Shown: positions 38,350 to 50,389 of the stretch, one piece after another
Position numbering within the stretch: position 1 is the stretch's first letter
How the letters are laid out: every line of letters begins with the position of its first letter
Source of the DNA: Eledone cirrhosa
Lineage: Eukaryota
Reading direction: 5' to 3'
DNA: 64,000 nucleotides
Assembly (NCBI GenBank): GCA_964016885.1
Contig: OZ024741.1
Location: forward strand, 143,282,001-143,346,000
The notes under the pieces: generated by a model
What the model was told of the DNA's origin: nothing
Seen by the model: only the letters and a program-made list of their open reading frames with translations
Databases searched by the model: none
Program-made: the position numbers and the translations under genes

Positions 38350-38530
38350 ATATGAGAAAGTTAAAAGATTCATCGAATTTTTTTACTATAGAAAAATAGT
38401 TTAAATAATAGGCAAGCATGAAGGTGCTAATGTCTATTTTTTACCTTTAAGGTGGCTTATATGCCCTATTATTTAGACTATTTTTCTATAGTAAAAAAAA
38501 ATTAGATGAAGCTTCTAATTTCTTCATAAA
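38350..38530. repeat. Degenerate inverted repeat (~65-bp arms)
   Basis: ttttttactatagaaaaatagtttaaataatagg / cctattatttagactatttttctatagtaaaaaa. Confidence 0.65.
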
Positions 38531-39294
38531 TTTCAAATTCTGTTCATCATTTCTAAGTTCATGTATAAATGTATATTTTTACACATACTCATCATCATAT
38601 TTATGTCCACTTTTTCATGGTGGCATGGATTGAACAGGACTTTTTGAAGCAGTTTTTTATGGCCAAATGACTTTCCTAACAGCAACCCTTTTAGCCACTT
38701 CCTAAAACATGCATACACACACATATATATATGTATATACAGGCACATGTATATACATATATATATATATACACATACACACACACAGAGTTAGTAAATG
38801 AGGAATGATCTCATACAGTTCTAGATTTTGTCAGAGGACTAGAAGCAGTAATTATGACCATCACAGGCTATATTTATGACTATTGCAGGCCACAATCCCA
38901 ATCTAGTGTTTGTCAGAGGAATAGAGGTGGTAATTATGACCATCGCAATCTTATGACTATGGCAGGCCACACTCCCAGTTTAGTGAGACTGATGTGGCTA
39001 ATGAGGTGCTTGAATATCTGCAGGAGGAATTGGCTAGGGGAGGCAAACAAGAATCTGGTTGTCACATAGATATTTGTAACGATATAGTAAACTGTACTAA
39101 AGGCTCCCAAGGACCAAGTGCTAGTGCTAAACTCAAACAGGATGTTAGAGCTGTCCACCATCCCAGTACATTTAATGTGAGTTGATAGGATATTAGACAA
39201 CTAGTTGAAGTGGTTGATAATTTGTCCTATGTTATCTCTAAAAATAAGGTTACTTGTTTGGTAAATTACTTATAACTGTATATAAAAACTGCAC

Positions 39295-40205
39295 AGCCTA
39301 ATGGTTAGGGTTTAGGACTTATAATTGTAATGTCACAGGTTCAATTCCTTGACAGAGTGATGCATTGTATTCTTAAGTAAAACACTTCATTTCATGTTTC
39401 TCCAGTCAACTCAGCAGAAGTCAGTATCAGCAACAGCAGCTAGAGGTGGGGAGAGAGTTAATCCGGCAATAGACTGGCATCCAGCTGTAAAAAACCCAGT
39501 CAAAATAGTTTTGTTATGAGCAAGGTATGATGTGACAAACTAGCCAGACTGTAAATATGGTTGAGGTTTAGGAAGGGCATCTAGTAGTCATCAAACCCAG
39601 CCAAAACACAATCACACTATGAGCAAGGTACAGCATAGCCAACTGGCCAGACCTGTCCCGTAACTATACCACTCAGTTCCACATTGTAAACGTGGATGGT
39701 GTTAGAAAGAGCTTCCAGCAGCTGTAAAAACCCTGCCAAAACATGGTCCCGTTATGAGCAAGTTATGGCACAACCAACTGGCCAGACTTGCCTAATAACG
39801 GGACCACCTAGTCCCACACTGTAAATATGGTTGGTGTTAGGAAGGGCATCCAGCAGCTGTAAAAACCCAACCAAAACACACTGCTATGAACAAAATACAG
39901 CGTGGCTAATTGGCCAGAACTTCCTCATAACGGGACCACTGAGCTCCCAAAATACGGTTCTTCTATCAGCAAGTTACGGCATGACCAATGGGCCAGATTC
40001 TCCTCCTAATGAGACTATTCAGTTCCACACTGTAAATGTGGTTGATGTTAGGAAGGGCCTCCAGCTCTAAAAAAAACCCAGCCAAAATACAGTTTTGTAT
40101 GAGCAAGGTATGGTGCGGCCAACTGACCAGACTTGTCTCATGACATAGATGACCCGTCAAACCCATGTAACTGTTGAAATAGATGTTAAACAGTGATGAT
40201 GATGA
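39295..40205 (+). mobile_element. CORE-like SINE head followed by a tandemly amplified RTE-type tail unit
   Basis: The unit actgtaaatgtggttggtgttaggaagggcatccagc..aaaacccagccaaaac..tatgagcaagg recurs about 5 times and ends in (gat)n. Confidence 0.7.
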
Positions 40206-41284
40206 TATACATATATCTGCACACACAAATTATATGAAGATAAAGTGTTCATTATAAACAATTATAATTCACCAAACAACTTCATTTTTAGAGATGAAAG
40301 ATTTTCCAATATCTACAAATTTTCCAGTATTTATATTTACATGACTGGTTTGATACATCAATGGCCTAGTGGATAAGATTGCTATTATCTTTAGTTTAGA
40401 AATACAGTTTCCATGCTCAAATCCAATCTAATACAATGAATATATTCAGGAAGAAGATGAGAAATCAACCTGATCTAAATGTCACATGTCACGTAGATGT
40501 AAATATTGAAAAAGTTCCCATTTCTAAAGACAAAGTTAATTAGTCTGAAAAAATTGATTATCATATTAACAATAACTCATTGCAGATATTTGGACATTTA
40601 AATTCTTTTATTTTACCCATACCATTCAGTATGTTACAGAAACACATACCATTCTAGTGTAGGCCACATGGTGTCCTACATGTCAATAATATCATAGTGG
40701 ACACTATATCAAACTTTGTTAATCATAATTTAGTGATGATACATGAAGATAACTGTTTGATTTAGAATACATTTTTCTTCTTCTTTCCATGTAGGATATA
40801 TTCTGAAGTGGAGAGAGTGTCTCCTACAAGGTGATAACAATGTGTTGTACATTAGTCTTTTAACTTAGGAGCAAGTTAAAATAGTCATACATACAAACTC
40901 TTAACTGAATCACACATGCACATGTTCTGATAGCAAGCAAAATGTGCACACACACACACACACATATATATATATTATGTCACATACACGTACCCACATT
41001 CATTCAGGTAGCAAACAGAAATGCACACAAACATATACACATACAGAAACATACACATAGCATAAAGAGAGCAGAGAGGAAGAAAGATTGGAGGGTTCAG
41101 CCCTCCAAAAATAACAACTGGAATGCTTTCAAGTTCAAGCAACAATCAACTGGTCAGTAAATGCGACAGCCAAGCTTGGACAATGGTGTGCATCTGACAG
41201 CTGCTTGCTGCAGTAATGAAGTTTATCAGAAAGACCTGTGAACAAAGTATATCTTATTTATTATACTACAACAAAAAAATAAAT

Positions 41285-41500
41285 AATAATAATTCCGTCT
41301 AGCATTGGCACAAAGCCAGCAATTTGGGGGAAGGGGAATGACGATTATATTGATCTCAGTAATTGACAGGCAGTCTATTTTATCAACCCTGTAAGGATAA
41401 AAGGCAAGGTTTACCTTGGTGGAATTTGAATTCAGAATGTAAAAATACCCGAGCAAATACAGCTCTGCATTTGTCCAATACTTTAACACCTCTGCCAATC
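41285..41500 (-). mobile_element. TAA-tailed tRNA SINE
   Basis: Same family motifs on the minus strand. Confidence 0.7.
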
Positions 41501-41509
41501 CAATAATAA

Positions 41510-42162
41510 TAATAACAACCGAATACCTAAACAGGCACGGCAGAGCTGCACAATACATACATTGGATAATGTGTAAGTATTTTGATCTGCCCCATCAAAA
41601 GAATTGGTGGGAGCATCAACCACCTCCCATACTTGAAAAAGATCACATCTCAATCTTAGCATCTAAACAGACCGAAAAATAGATGCAAATAGACCTGATA
41701 TAATACTGAAGGACTTTAAAAAGAGGGTATGCCTGCTAATTGATATGTCTGTTCCAATAGACAAGAATGTATCTATAAAAACATTTGAAAAATTGAGCAA
41801 GTATAAAGACCTGGAAATAGAAATTGGAAAAATGTGGAAGTTGAGAACTAAAACAATACCAGTGGTTGTGGGTGCTCTAGGAATTATAGGGGTATAATGA
41901 TTACTTATCCCAAATCTCAGGAAACCTGTGTATAGAAGAAATTCAAAAGATAGTACTAATGGGAACTGCTTATATACTAAGGAAGATTCTGTCAATATAA
42001 GTACATCACAAGTCTAAACACCTAAAGATGCATGTGTGTATGTATGTTCTTTCTTGAACATGGCGGACCTTGTTGTCTCTTGAGGTCACTGGTTGTGACT
42101 TGGTGATAACTCGTATGAACATAAAGCAGGATAAATGCAACTGTAATAATAATAATAATAAT
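41510..42162 (+). mobile_element. R4/Dong-type non-LTR retrotransposon 3' end in a (TAA)n target
   Basis: EYLNRHGRAAQYIHW...WWEHQP...TDRKIDANRPDII...LIDMSVP...EKLSKYKDLEIE..KMW...IPVVVGALG; flanked on both sides by (TAA)n. Confidence 0.9.
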
Positions 42163-42620
42163 TGTTTCTACTTTTGGAACAAGGCCAGCAATTACCCCAG
42201 TGTGTTATTGGTGCTTTATTTTATTGACCCCGTAAGGATGAAAGGCAAAGCTAACCTTGGCGGGATTTGAACTCAGAATGTAAAGAAATAACAATAATAA
42301 GAATGGTTTCTGATTTAGGCACAAGGCCAAGAATTTTGGTGGAGGGGAAAATCAATTAAATCAACCCCAGTGCGTGACTGGTACTTTATTTTATCGACCC
42401 CCGTAAGGATGAAAAGCAAAGTTAACCTCGGCGGGATTTGAACTCAGAGGTAAAAAGGGCATAACTCCATGCTGCAAATGAAATAATAAAACCAATTTCT
42501 GACATTTGTACATAGGGATACTGTTGACTTGTTGATTATTACCAGTCTTTAACTGGTACTTTATACAGAAATGAAGAAAGGCAAAACTGACTTCACTGAG
42601 ATTTGGTCTCAGACTATAAA
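42162..42620 (-). mobile_element. Array of TAA-tailed SINEs
   Basis: ttttatcgacccccgtaaggatgaaaagcaaagttaacctcggcgggatttgaactcaga occurs 2-3 times. Further copies at 53370-53550 (plus) and 54870-55050 (minus). Confidence 0.75.
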
Positions 42621-42673
42621 ATAGAGGGGGGGTTAAAAACAAAACAAAAAAGAACACACCCAATGAAACAGAC

Positions 42674-42716
<43 letters not shown>

Positions 42717-43563
42717 AGTGAGTGTTTCTGTCATAATAAATATTGATAGTAATTGTTTTAAATTAAAAAGAAGGTAGAGGGGGTGAACATATGTTAGTTT
42801 TATGCTGTATATGGTGTTTATTTTTTAATTTTTTATTTTTATTTTCTTGTGTTATTTCTTAAAGATGATTATGGTGGTGGTGGAGGAGAAAAGGGAAATG
42901 AGGTATTTTTTCATGACTAATGTGTATATGAGCATGTATGAATACCATTATATTTATATATATATATATGTATACACACACACAAATAATTATACAAACA
43001 TACATACATATGTATCTGTGTATGAATGTCACAAAGAATTATAGAGTAGGTGACAAAATATTCCACATAAATTGTAGCTGTAATCCTCAGTCAGATATAA
43101 AATTATGTGCCATACACCCACACATGCACACATATATATATATATATATGTATAGATTGTATTTACGATTCAAAGTAGTCCCATTTTTCCTTCTTTGAGG
43201 TGAAGTAAAGCTATATATTGTTGGTACTTGTCGTGTTCATCATTTCTTCCACAATAAATAGACTTTACTACACACACGTGTGTGTGTGTGTGTGTGTGTA
43301 TGTTTATATATATATATAGTAATAATAATAAATTTGAAGACTAAAATCCAAAGAGGGCTCGATAAGGATAAATATATATCAAATATATAAGAACTGTAGA
43401 GCAAATATTTATTAAAATAACAGATTAAAGTTTAAAGTTTAATCTGTTATTTTAATAAATATATATATATATATATTTAGTTATGTAATAAACAACATAA
43501 GACAATTATTACATTTACCAAAGGTTTCATTTTATTTGATATAGACATCCATATCAAATAAAA

Positions 43564-43636
43564 TTTCATTCTGATGAGCAATTTCAGACGTCTGTGTCAA
43601 GCTTGTCTGTCTTCATGAAACCTTTGGTAAATGGAA
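43564..43636 (+). ncRNA. Hammerhead ribozyme with long, irregular stem II inside inverted repeat 43476-43670 (family G)
   Basis: Stem I TTTCATT/AATGGAA, CTGATGA (43571-43577), 39-nt domain II, GAAA-CCTTTGG-TA. The inverted copy of the 3' half is at 43476-43530. Confidence 0.68.
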
Positions 43637-43824
43637 TAATTGTCTTATGTTGTTTATTACATAACTAAATAGCTCTTTAGCTTACATAGAGCACTCTCCT
43701 TTCCTTTACCCATCCTATGGAAACACATATATATATATATATAAAATAAAAAAAAGGCATACACAGAGATACAAAAACAATTAGTGTTATTAGATTGATT
43801 CTTTGGATGAAAGAGGGAAAAAGA

Positions 43825-43862
43825 ATTCAACATATCGGACATTAGTCCTTCATCAGGAGAGT
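43825..43862 (-). ncRNA. Degenerate HHR (GAAA mutated to GATA), same family as 5891
   Basis: Minus strand ctc-CTGATGA-aGGACtaatGTCC-gata-tgtt. Confidence 0.6.
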
Positions 43863-44330
43863 ACAATAGTTGATAGATTAGAAAATAAAAAATAGAAAAA
43901 GGGGGACATGTAAGTGTGTGTTGTTTTTAATTTTTTGTGTATCAGTGTATATATTGGTGGAATGGTTTATACATTGTTCGTGATGGTGTCTAAGTGTGTC
44001 TAGCTCTATTAACATTGTATATGTGTGTGGATCGTCTATATATGTATCAAATATAAAAGTAATTATTAGTGGCAAACATGTATCTGTTCATTATGTATTC
44101 ATTCATTAAAAAAAAAAACTCAACTTCAAGGTGGACTAGCTGAAGTTGAAATAAACAAATAAGCAGTAAAATTGCCATAGCAACCACACTATACAACGCT
44201 AAGTGAGAAACGGGAGTGTATATGTGTACATTTCTAAGTGCTTCTTTATTAGATTTTTGGGGGGTTGTTGTATATGTAATGAATCTGTACATATATATAT
44301 CATCATCATCATCATCGTTTAACGTCCATG

Positions 44331-44368
<38 letters not shown>

Positions 44369-45078
44369 ATATATATATGTGTGTATATACAAAAATATAT
44401 ATATGTATATACCTACATATACGCACACAAGCACATATATATATATATATTAAATAGTTATGCACAGCGCAGGGTTTTAGAAGATCTAAGATAAATTTAA
44501 CATTGATTACAGTTTTAAATTATAAGTTTCACTATGAGAACATAAACTTATGTAAATAGAGTTTATCCTCTTTGTACATAGAAATTCATAAGGATTGCTT
44601 TTACAATTCACGTATAAAGGTAATTGGGTGTGCTATGCACATTATGCAAATTAGACTTGTCATTTGGTTTGTGTTTGATATAAAGAGATTTGTTTTGCTG
44701 TAAGTTTTCTTTGTAGGCAGAACGGTAGAGGTTACTTATCTTTTGATGAATGGCGAATTAGCTGTGAAACAAGTAAAAGCAGTCCCTAACTTTTTGTGTA
44801 CAAAAAGAATAACAAAATGCATTTATATTTGTTTATGTTTTTTGCAGCATGACTCATACTTTAAAATTGTAGTTAGTCCCAGTTTAAATTTATCTTATAG
44901 ACATACATGTAAATTATTTAGTAATTTTGTAGATTACTGGAGGTGGCACCAGTATGAGTACTCAATGCTATTACTAGAACAGGATGGTTCTCAAAGAAGT
45001 TTCTACTTCTCACAGTATTTGTATGTTGTATGCTTGTTATTAGCAGAGTATATATATATTATGTATGAGACAATAATG

Positions 45079-45354
45079 TTTCACTTTAAAATGTTTTTAT
45101 CACATATCGAACATTACATATGTTTCATAGAAAATTGGCTCAAAGTCTTTATTGATGGAGTAGATCTGACTCCAGTATTGATCTGCCCATCAAAAGTGTG
45201 GACTCAAAATCAAAAGATTTCCATTTCTGAACAAATGTTTTCTGATGAGCAGATTAATACTGGAGTCAGATCTATAACAACCATAAAAACCTTGAGTCAA
45301 TCATCTATGAAACATGTAATGTTCGAAATTCAATAAAAACATTTTAAAGTGAAA
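45079..45354. repeat. Inverted repeat (~115-bp arms) of outward-facing HHRs with ~60-nt domain II (family H)
   Basis: Right arm CTGATGA-gcagatt...aatcatctat-GAAA-CATG-TA; left arm (minus) ttgatgg-gcagatc...-GAAA-CATATG-TA. Stem III is palindromic in both; stem I is poor. Confidence 0.62.
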
Positions 45355-45935
45355 CTTTGTTATTTCATACATAATCTATATATACACACACACATATAAA
45401 TGTATATATATACATATCTATATATGTATATATATATATGTGTATATATTTATACATATATATATGCATATATATATATGTGTGTATATATTTATACATA
45501 TATATATGCATATATACACACACATATATATAAATATATATAGATATATATATACACACATATATATAAATATATATAGATATATATACACACATATATA
45601 TAAATATATATAGATATATATACACACATACATATATATATATATACATACACACATATATTCACACACATACAAACACACACACACAGTCATAGGAGAG
45701 GAAGTATTGTTAAAAAACAACCAACACAGAAATCTTAAAACATACATTCATATTGTTCACATATGCATGTACTTACGCCAATACATGCATACACACACAC
45801 ACTACACACACATACATGCACACACACACACACACTACTCAAGCTTAGAAGAAACCATCAGAAGCTTGCAGCAAGGGGTGGCTGATTGGTTGGTTGACTA
45901 TATTGCCCTGTTACTCCACCCTCTGCTTGCTCTCA

Positions 45936-46177
45936 TCACGGCATCCAATTGCCAAGCTGTTTAGGTTCAAGATGTTTGTTGTCAGGGATCTGGAAACAGC
46001 CGACTGGATATACACCAATTGTTCGGTTAAACAAGTTCAAATTAAAGCTGGCACAGCCGTTGAGCTGTGTCTTGTGTTCTTCATGTACGTTCACCTGAAA
46101 TGTCATGTTAGAGAACTTCACGCAGATCTCGGCAGCTTTAGACTTTGAGCCAAGACAGATGAGCGGAGGATTTTCAG
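45936..46177 (-). CDS. Terminal coding exon of a DUF4773-like cysteine-rich protein
   Basis: Acceptor atttacctacag|CT GAA AAT CCT. Translates (A)ENPPLICLGSKSKAAEICVKFSNM...LNGCASFNLNLFNRTIGVYPVGCFQIP...WMP-stop, matching the NPP.IC...C..F.N...GC...GCF.IP pattern I recall for DUF4773. Upstream exons not identified. Confidence 0.72.
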
Positions 46178-46574
46178 CTGTAGGTAAATAGAATAAAAGA
46201 GAAAGAAAAGATAGTGTAAATAATTAAATAGATAGATAGACAGACAAATAGATAGATGGGTAGATATGTAAATATATAGACAGATAGTCCAAGAGATAGA
46301 TGGTTAGGCAGATAGATAAATGGTTAAGTATTTAGATGGGTAAGTTGGGAGATGGATTGGTAGAAAGACAGGCAGGCTATTATTTTTATTTCTTATTTTT
46401 TTATCACTTAGCTGAAGAAGGGTGATGTCCATCACTCTATGATGGCTTCCAATAATAGTGTTCCAGGCGTTCGAACAACAAAAACAGTCTACTCATAAAA
46501 TTAATGTGTGAGTGACTGAGCATTCTACAGTGAGTGACAAGGTTGGACTTTTAAATTACAGGTGCAACTAATTT

Positions 46575-46700
46575 TTCTCCAACTGAGTGGAATGGAGCAA
46601 TGTGAAATAAAGTGCCTTGCACAAGGACACAACAAGGTGTTGAAAATTGAGCTCAAGACCTGATGATTGTGAGCCAAACAACCTCACCACTAAGCTATGC
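46575..46700 (-). mobile_element. CORE-like SINE
   Basis: tggagcaatgtgaaataaagtgccttgcacaaggacacaac; a further copy lies at about 53950-54045. Confidence 0.65.
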
Positions 46701-48384
46701 ACCTTCACACCAACAGAATGTACTCTGTTGAAGGTACACAAATAAGCAGTCAGAGAGATAGACACATAGACAAAGAGATAGAAATATAACAGACATAGAT
46801 AGATAGACAGATAGGCCAACAGATAGACAGACACATAGATGAAGAAATAGAGACATAATAGACACAGATAGACATAAACACAAAAGCATAGATAGATAGA
46901 TAAACTGACACGTACTAGACAAAACAGACAGAAATAGATAACAAATATAGATTGATACAAAGAATATAAATGCATAATGTAATTAAAAACAATAATTGAT
47001 TTGAACAATTATCATCTTCACAGTCAACATCATTTTGAATAACAAAAAATCATCATTACCATCATCATTACCATTGGGAATAAGTATAACAATGAGAAAG
47101 TTAGTTATATATTACTAAATCCATTGAAGTTCTTCATTGTTTTCAAGATTCTTTCAAAATCTTAAGCAGAGTATTTCATTAGAAATCTGATAATAAAAGG
47201 GCTAACTGAATATGGTATCATAGCAGTCCTTAGTTGATTTTCATCAGTTATATAACCTCTTTATTATATGTATCAGCATCTTTGAAGATATATTAATCCT
47301 AACATAAATTATGACCTCAGCTTTTGGTGTACAACTGACATTAAAATATTATTTTGTTAATCTGCAGTTTTTCTCTGTCACTGTCTAATAGAAAGTAAGA
47401 GAAAAGAAAGGAGAGAGTGAAAAGGAGAGTGTGAGGAAGATAAAAGAGAGAGTGAGAAAAATGTGAGGGGAGAACGAGTGAGAGTGAGAAAAGTAGGAGA
47501 GTGCAAGAGAAAGTAGAAGAGAGATGGGGTTGAACGACGGGGAGAGGTGAGTGAGAGAGGTGAGGAAAAGTAAAGGGAGAAAGTATGAGCATGTCTACCT
47601 CTCTAAATGTAACCTCTACATTCCACATCTGCTTTACTATCCAATGAGAGAGCCTCTAACATGTTGATTCACCTGCTAGAAATATCAGCTAAATCACCCT
47701 CACAGCATACCTACCACTTTAAGGGAAAAGGACAACATGGATAAAATTGCCCTGGTTTTACTGCACTAAAGAAAAACATCAGATGATCATGGTAGAATTG
47801 CCTTTCGTCATAGGTCTGCTTGATCAGGGGTTGACCTTGAACTAAACAACATCAACAGCATCATGTCCTACTCAATATTATTTATCTCAATTTTATCTGA
47901 ACTCTAATATCATTGAGGAATTCAACTTTAGAATTCAACTTTCTATAAAATATATTACTAAAATAAATTACAGGTGCAGATATGACTATATGGTTAAGTT
48001 GTTTACTTGTAGTCACGTGATTTCATGGCACCTTAAATAAATGTTGCTTTGGGTTGACCAATGACTTATGAGTGAAATTATTTGGTAGACAGAAACTGCA
48101 GAAGCCCATTGTATATGTGTATGTAAGGCAATGACACAGGATCGAGAGCTCTGGCATTATGAAGTAATACAGAGGACTCACCTTTCCATGTGCACAGGTT
48201 GAAGCATACATATTGTACGCACTACCCCCCCCCCCCCCGATCCCTTTCCATATACCTCCATGCCCTAACAACCCTCCTCCCCTTGCACCTCCCATGTCCT
48301 CACACTCCACCAATGCCTGAACACTCCGCCCCCTCAAATGCGCCCCTAGATCTGCTTCCCCAATCCTGCCCCCCAAGTCCCATG

Positions 48385-48705
48385 CCCACACTGTAAAGTG
48401 GTCATGTAGGTGTCACGGTAAAAAGCATCCAGCCCACACTGTAAAGTGGTCACATGTAGGGGACATGACAAAAAGTGCCCAGCCCACACTGTAAAGTGGT
48501 TGTGTAGGTGTCATGACAAAAAGCACTCAGCACACACTGTAAATGTGGTTGGTGTTAAGAAGGGTATCCAGCCATAGAAACCAAGCCAAAAACCAGTCCT
48601 GTATGAGCAAGTCATGGTCATCAAACCTGGCTTGTCTTACAACAGGGAAACTCATCTAACCCATGCTAGCATGGAAAATGGACATTAAATGGTGATGATT
48701 ATGAT
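48385..48705 (+). mobile_element. RTE 3' UTR with ~47-bp tandem repeats
   Basis: cccacactgtaaagtggt occurs 3-4 times; tail aacccatgctagcatggaaaatggac. Confidence 0.75.
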
Positions 48706-48806
48706 GTGTGTATGTGAGTCCCAGGTTCAATCGGGGGTAACCACAGTTAGTAACGTACTCAATACATTAGTCGAATGTAATCATCAATTTTAATATAGAA
48801 ATGGCT

Positions 48807-48863
48807 TCTACAGGACTAGAACTGTTTCATTTCTTTTGAATGAAACAGTTCTAGTCCTGTAGA
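48807..48863. repeat. Hairpin centred on HHR stem II (family E)
   Basis: tctacaggactagaactgtttcatt-tcttttg-aatgaaacagttctagtcctgtaga. Confidence 0.75.
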
Positions 48864-49653
48864 TATATAAAAGCATGTTTACTATATATCTCTCGCTATA
48901 TATATATATATACAATTCTAGAAGAGTACCATAGAAGTAGCTTCTGTTAACTAGGCGACCTAACTAGCAGTGAAGAAGGTTGCTCTGAAAGGTATGGTAG
49001 CTAGAATAAGAACAGCATGGGAAAAGTTGAGGGAGCTACTACCTCTGTTGACAACAAAATGTTTCTAAGAACATAAGGCCAGTTGTATGATGCATGCATG
49101 CTAAATCCAATGCTGCATGCTTTCTATTTTCAACTAATTGAGAAATTCCAAATGGTTGAAATTATTTTCAAATGTATCATTCAGTATATCAGCCCATTGT
49201 GTGTATCTGATTTAGATTATGAACACTGTATCATTGTGTGTCATAAGAATCAACTAAAAGAATTGGCATAAAGAAGCACATTTGACCATACAACATTGCT
49301 TCAGAAAGGATCTTATGATGAGTATGAAGCCCATCATGGGGACTGGAGGTCTAACCTTTGCATTAACAGAGAAAATAACCTTGTTGTATTCGGTACATCA
49401 CCCATTAACACATTTTACTTTCTTAATACACTTTTGTTCAACAAATAAAATCTACTTATATCAGATGTAACTACTGACAGCCTTATTTATTATATCTGGA
49501 ATATTTCCATACAATCCACTAATAACAATCCACTAATTGAGTCAAATCTGATATACATATACAGTCCAAACATGTGGTAGCATTGGAATCATATTTAAAA
49601 CTTGATTTTCAATACAAACTAGAAAAAATGTTATGTAATACTAGAATTAAGAT

Positions 49654-50087
49654 ATTAAGACAAAATGAAAACACACACACACATAGAACAAACAACCAAC
49701 CAACAATAAATAAATAAATAAACAAACAAATAGAAAAATATAAATAGAAAAATAGAAAAATGAACACAAACACACACAGACACCCGGATGTGGCGCATGC
49801 GCAAACTGAGCACGCAACCCACACACAAACAAAATGGCGTAGGATAGAAGAAAGGAAAGGCACAGAAACGAAGAAAGAAATCCCCAGTCACTGAAGAGGT
49901 CACAGAGTGTGTGACGAAAGAACTATGACTATATATATATAAACAACTATCTGGTTGTGGAACCAACCAACCAACCAGAAATTTATAAATTTGTAAATTT
50001 ATAAATATAGAATAAATTAAATTGAAGTGAAAGCAACTCGTGCGTGTGTTTCTTATTGGCAACATGACCCTCCCAAAGTATAACAAT
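49654..50087 (+). mobile_element. Solo Penelope pLTR
   Basis: Near-identical to the reverse complement of 12968-13364. Confidence 0.88.
49886..49930 (+). ncRNA. Hammerhead ribozyme (family D)
   Basis: AGTCA-CTGAAGA-gGTCACagagtgtGTGAC-GAAA-gaac-TA-TGACT. Confidence 0.87.
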
Positions 50088-50389
50088 AACCCTTTCATTA
50101 TTGCATTTCTAGTGAAAAACAGAGTATCTGTTTCAATAAATACTGAAAATAATTTTTTAAAAATTAGAGGAATTTAATAAATATCAAACTTTTTCCATTA
50201 AGCTGATGTTTGGACCATCACTTGACAGCATCGAGGGTACTGATGAAACTTGTTAAAAAAATTTAACACAGCATGATACATCTAAAATGAAAAGGTTTTT
50301 TGATAGCACAATCTGGCGAAGGTAGGATCAAGAAATGATACCATATTTTGACAATTTGCTAGAAAAATACGGTAAAAGAAAAGAAAATT

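Noticed and set aside
44743-45336. 197-aa ORF
   Set aside because: Starts at a non-ATG codon, runs through the HHR inverted repeat and has no recognisable domain.
46408-46495. CTGAAGA followed by hairpin agggtgatg/catcactct as another hammerhead
   Set aside because: No GAAA after stem II and no stem I pairing; at best a badly decayed relic.
47341-47385. Minus-strand mini terminal exon DSDREKLQINKIIF (and an 18-nt micro-exon near 53803-53820)
   Set aside because: The acceptor pyrimidine tract is a GA microsatellite and there is no recognisable homology; insufficient support.
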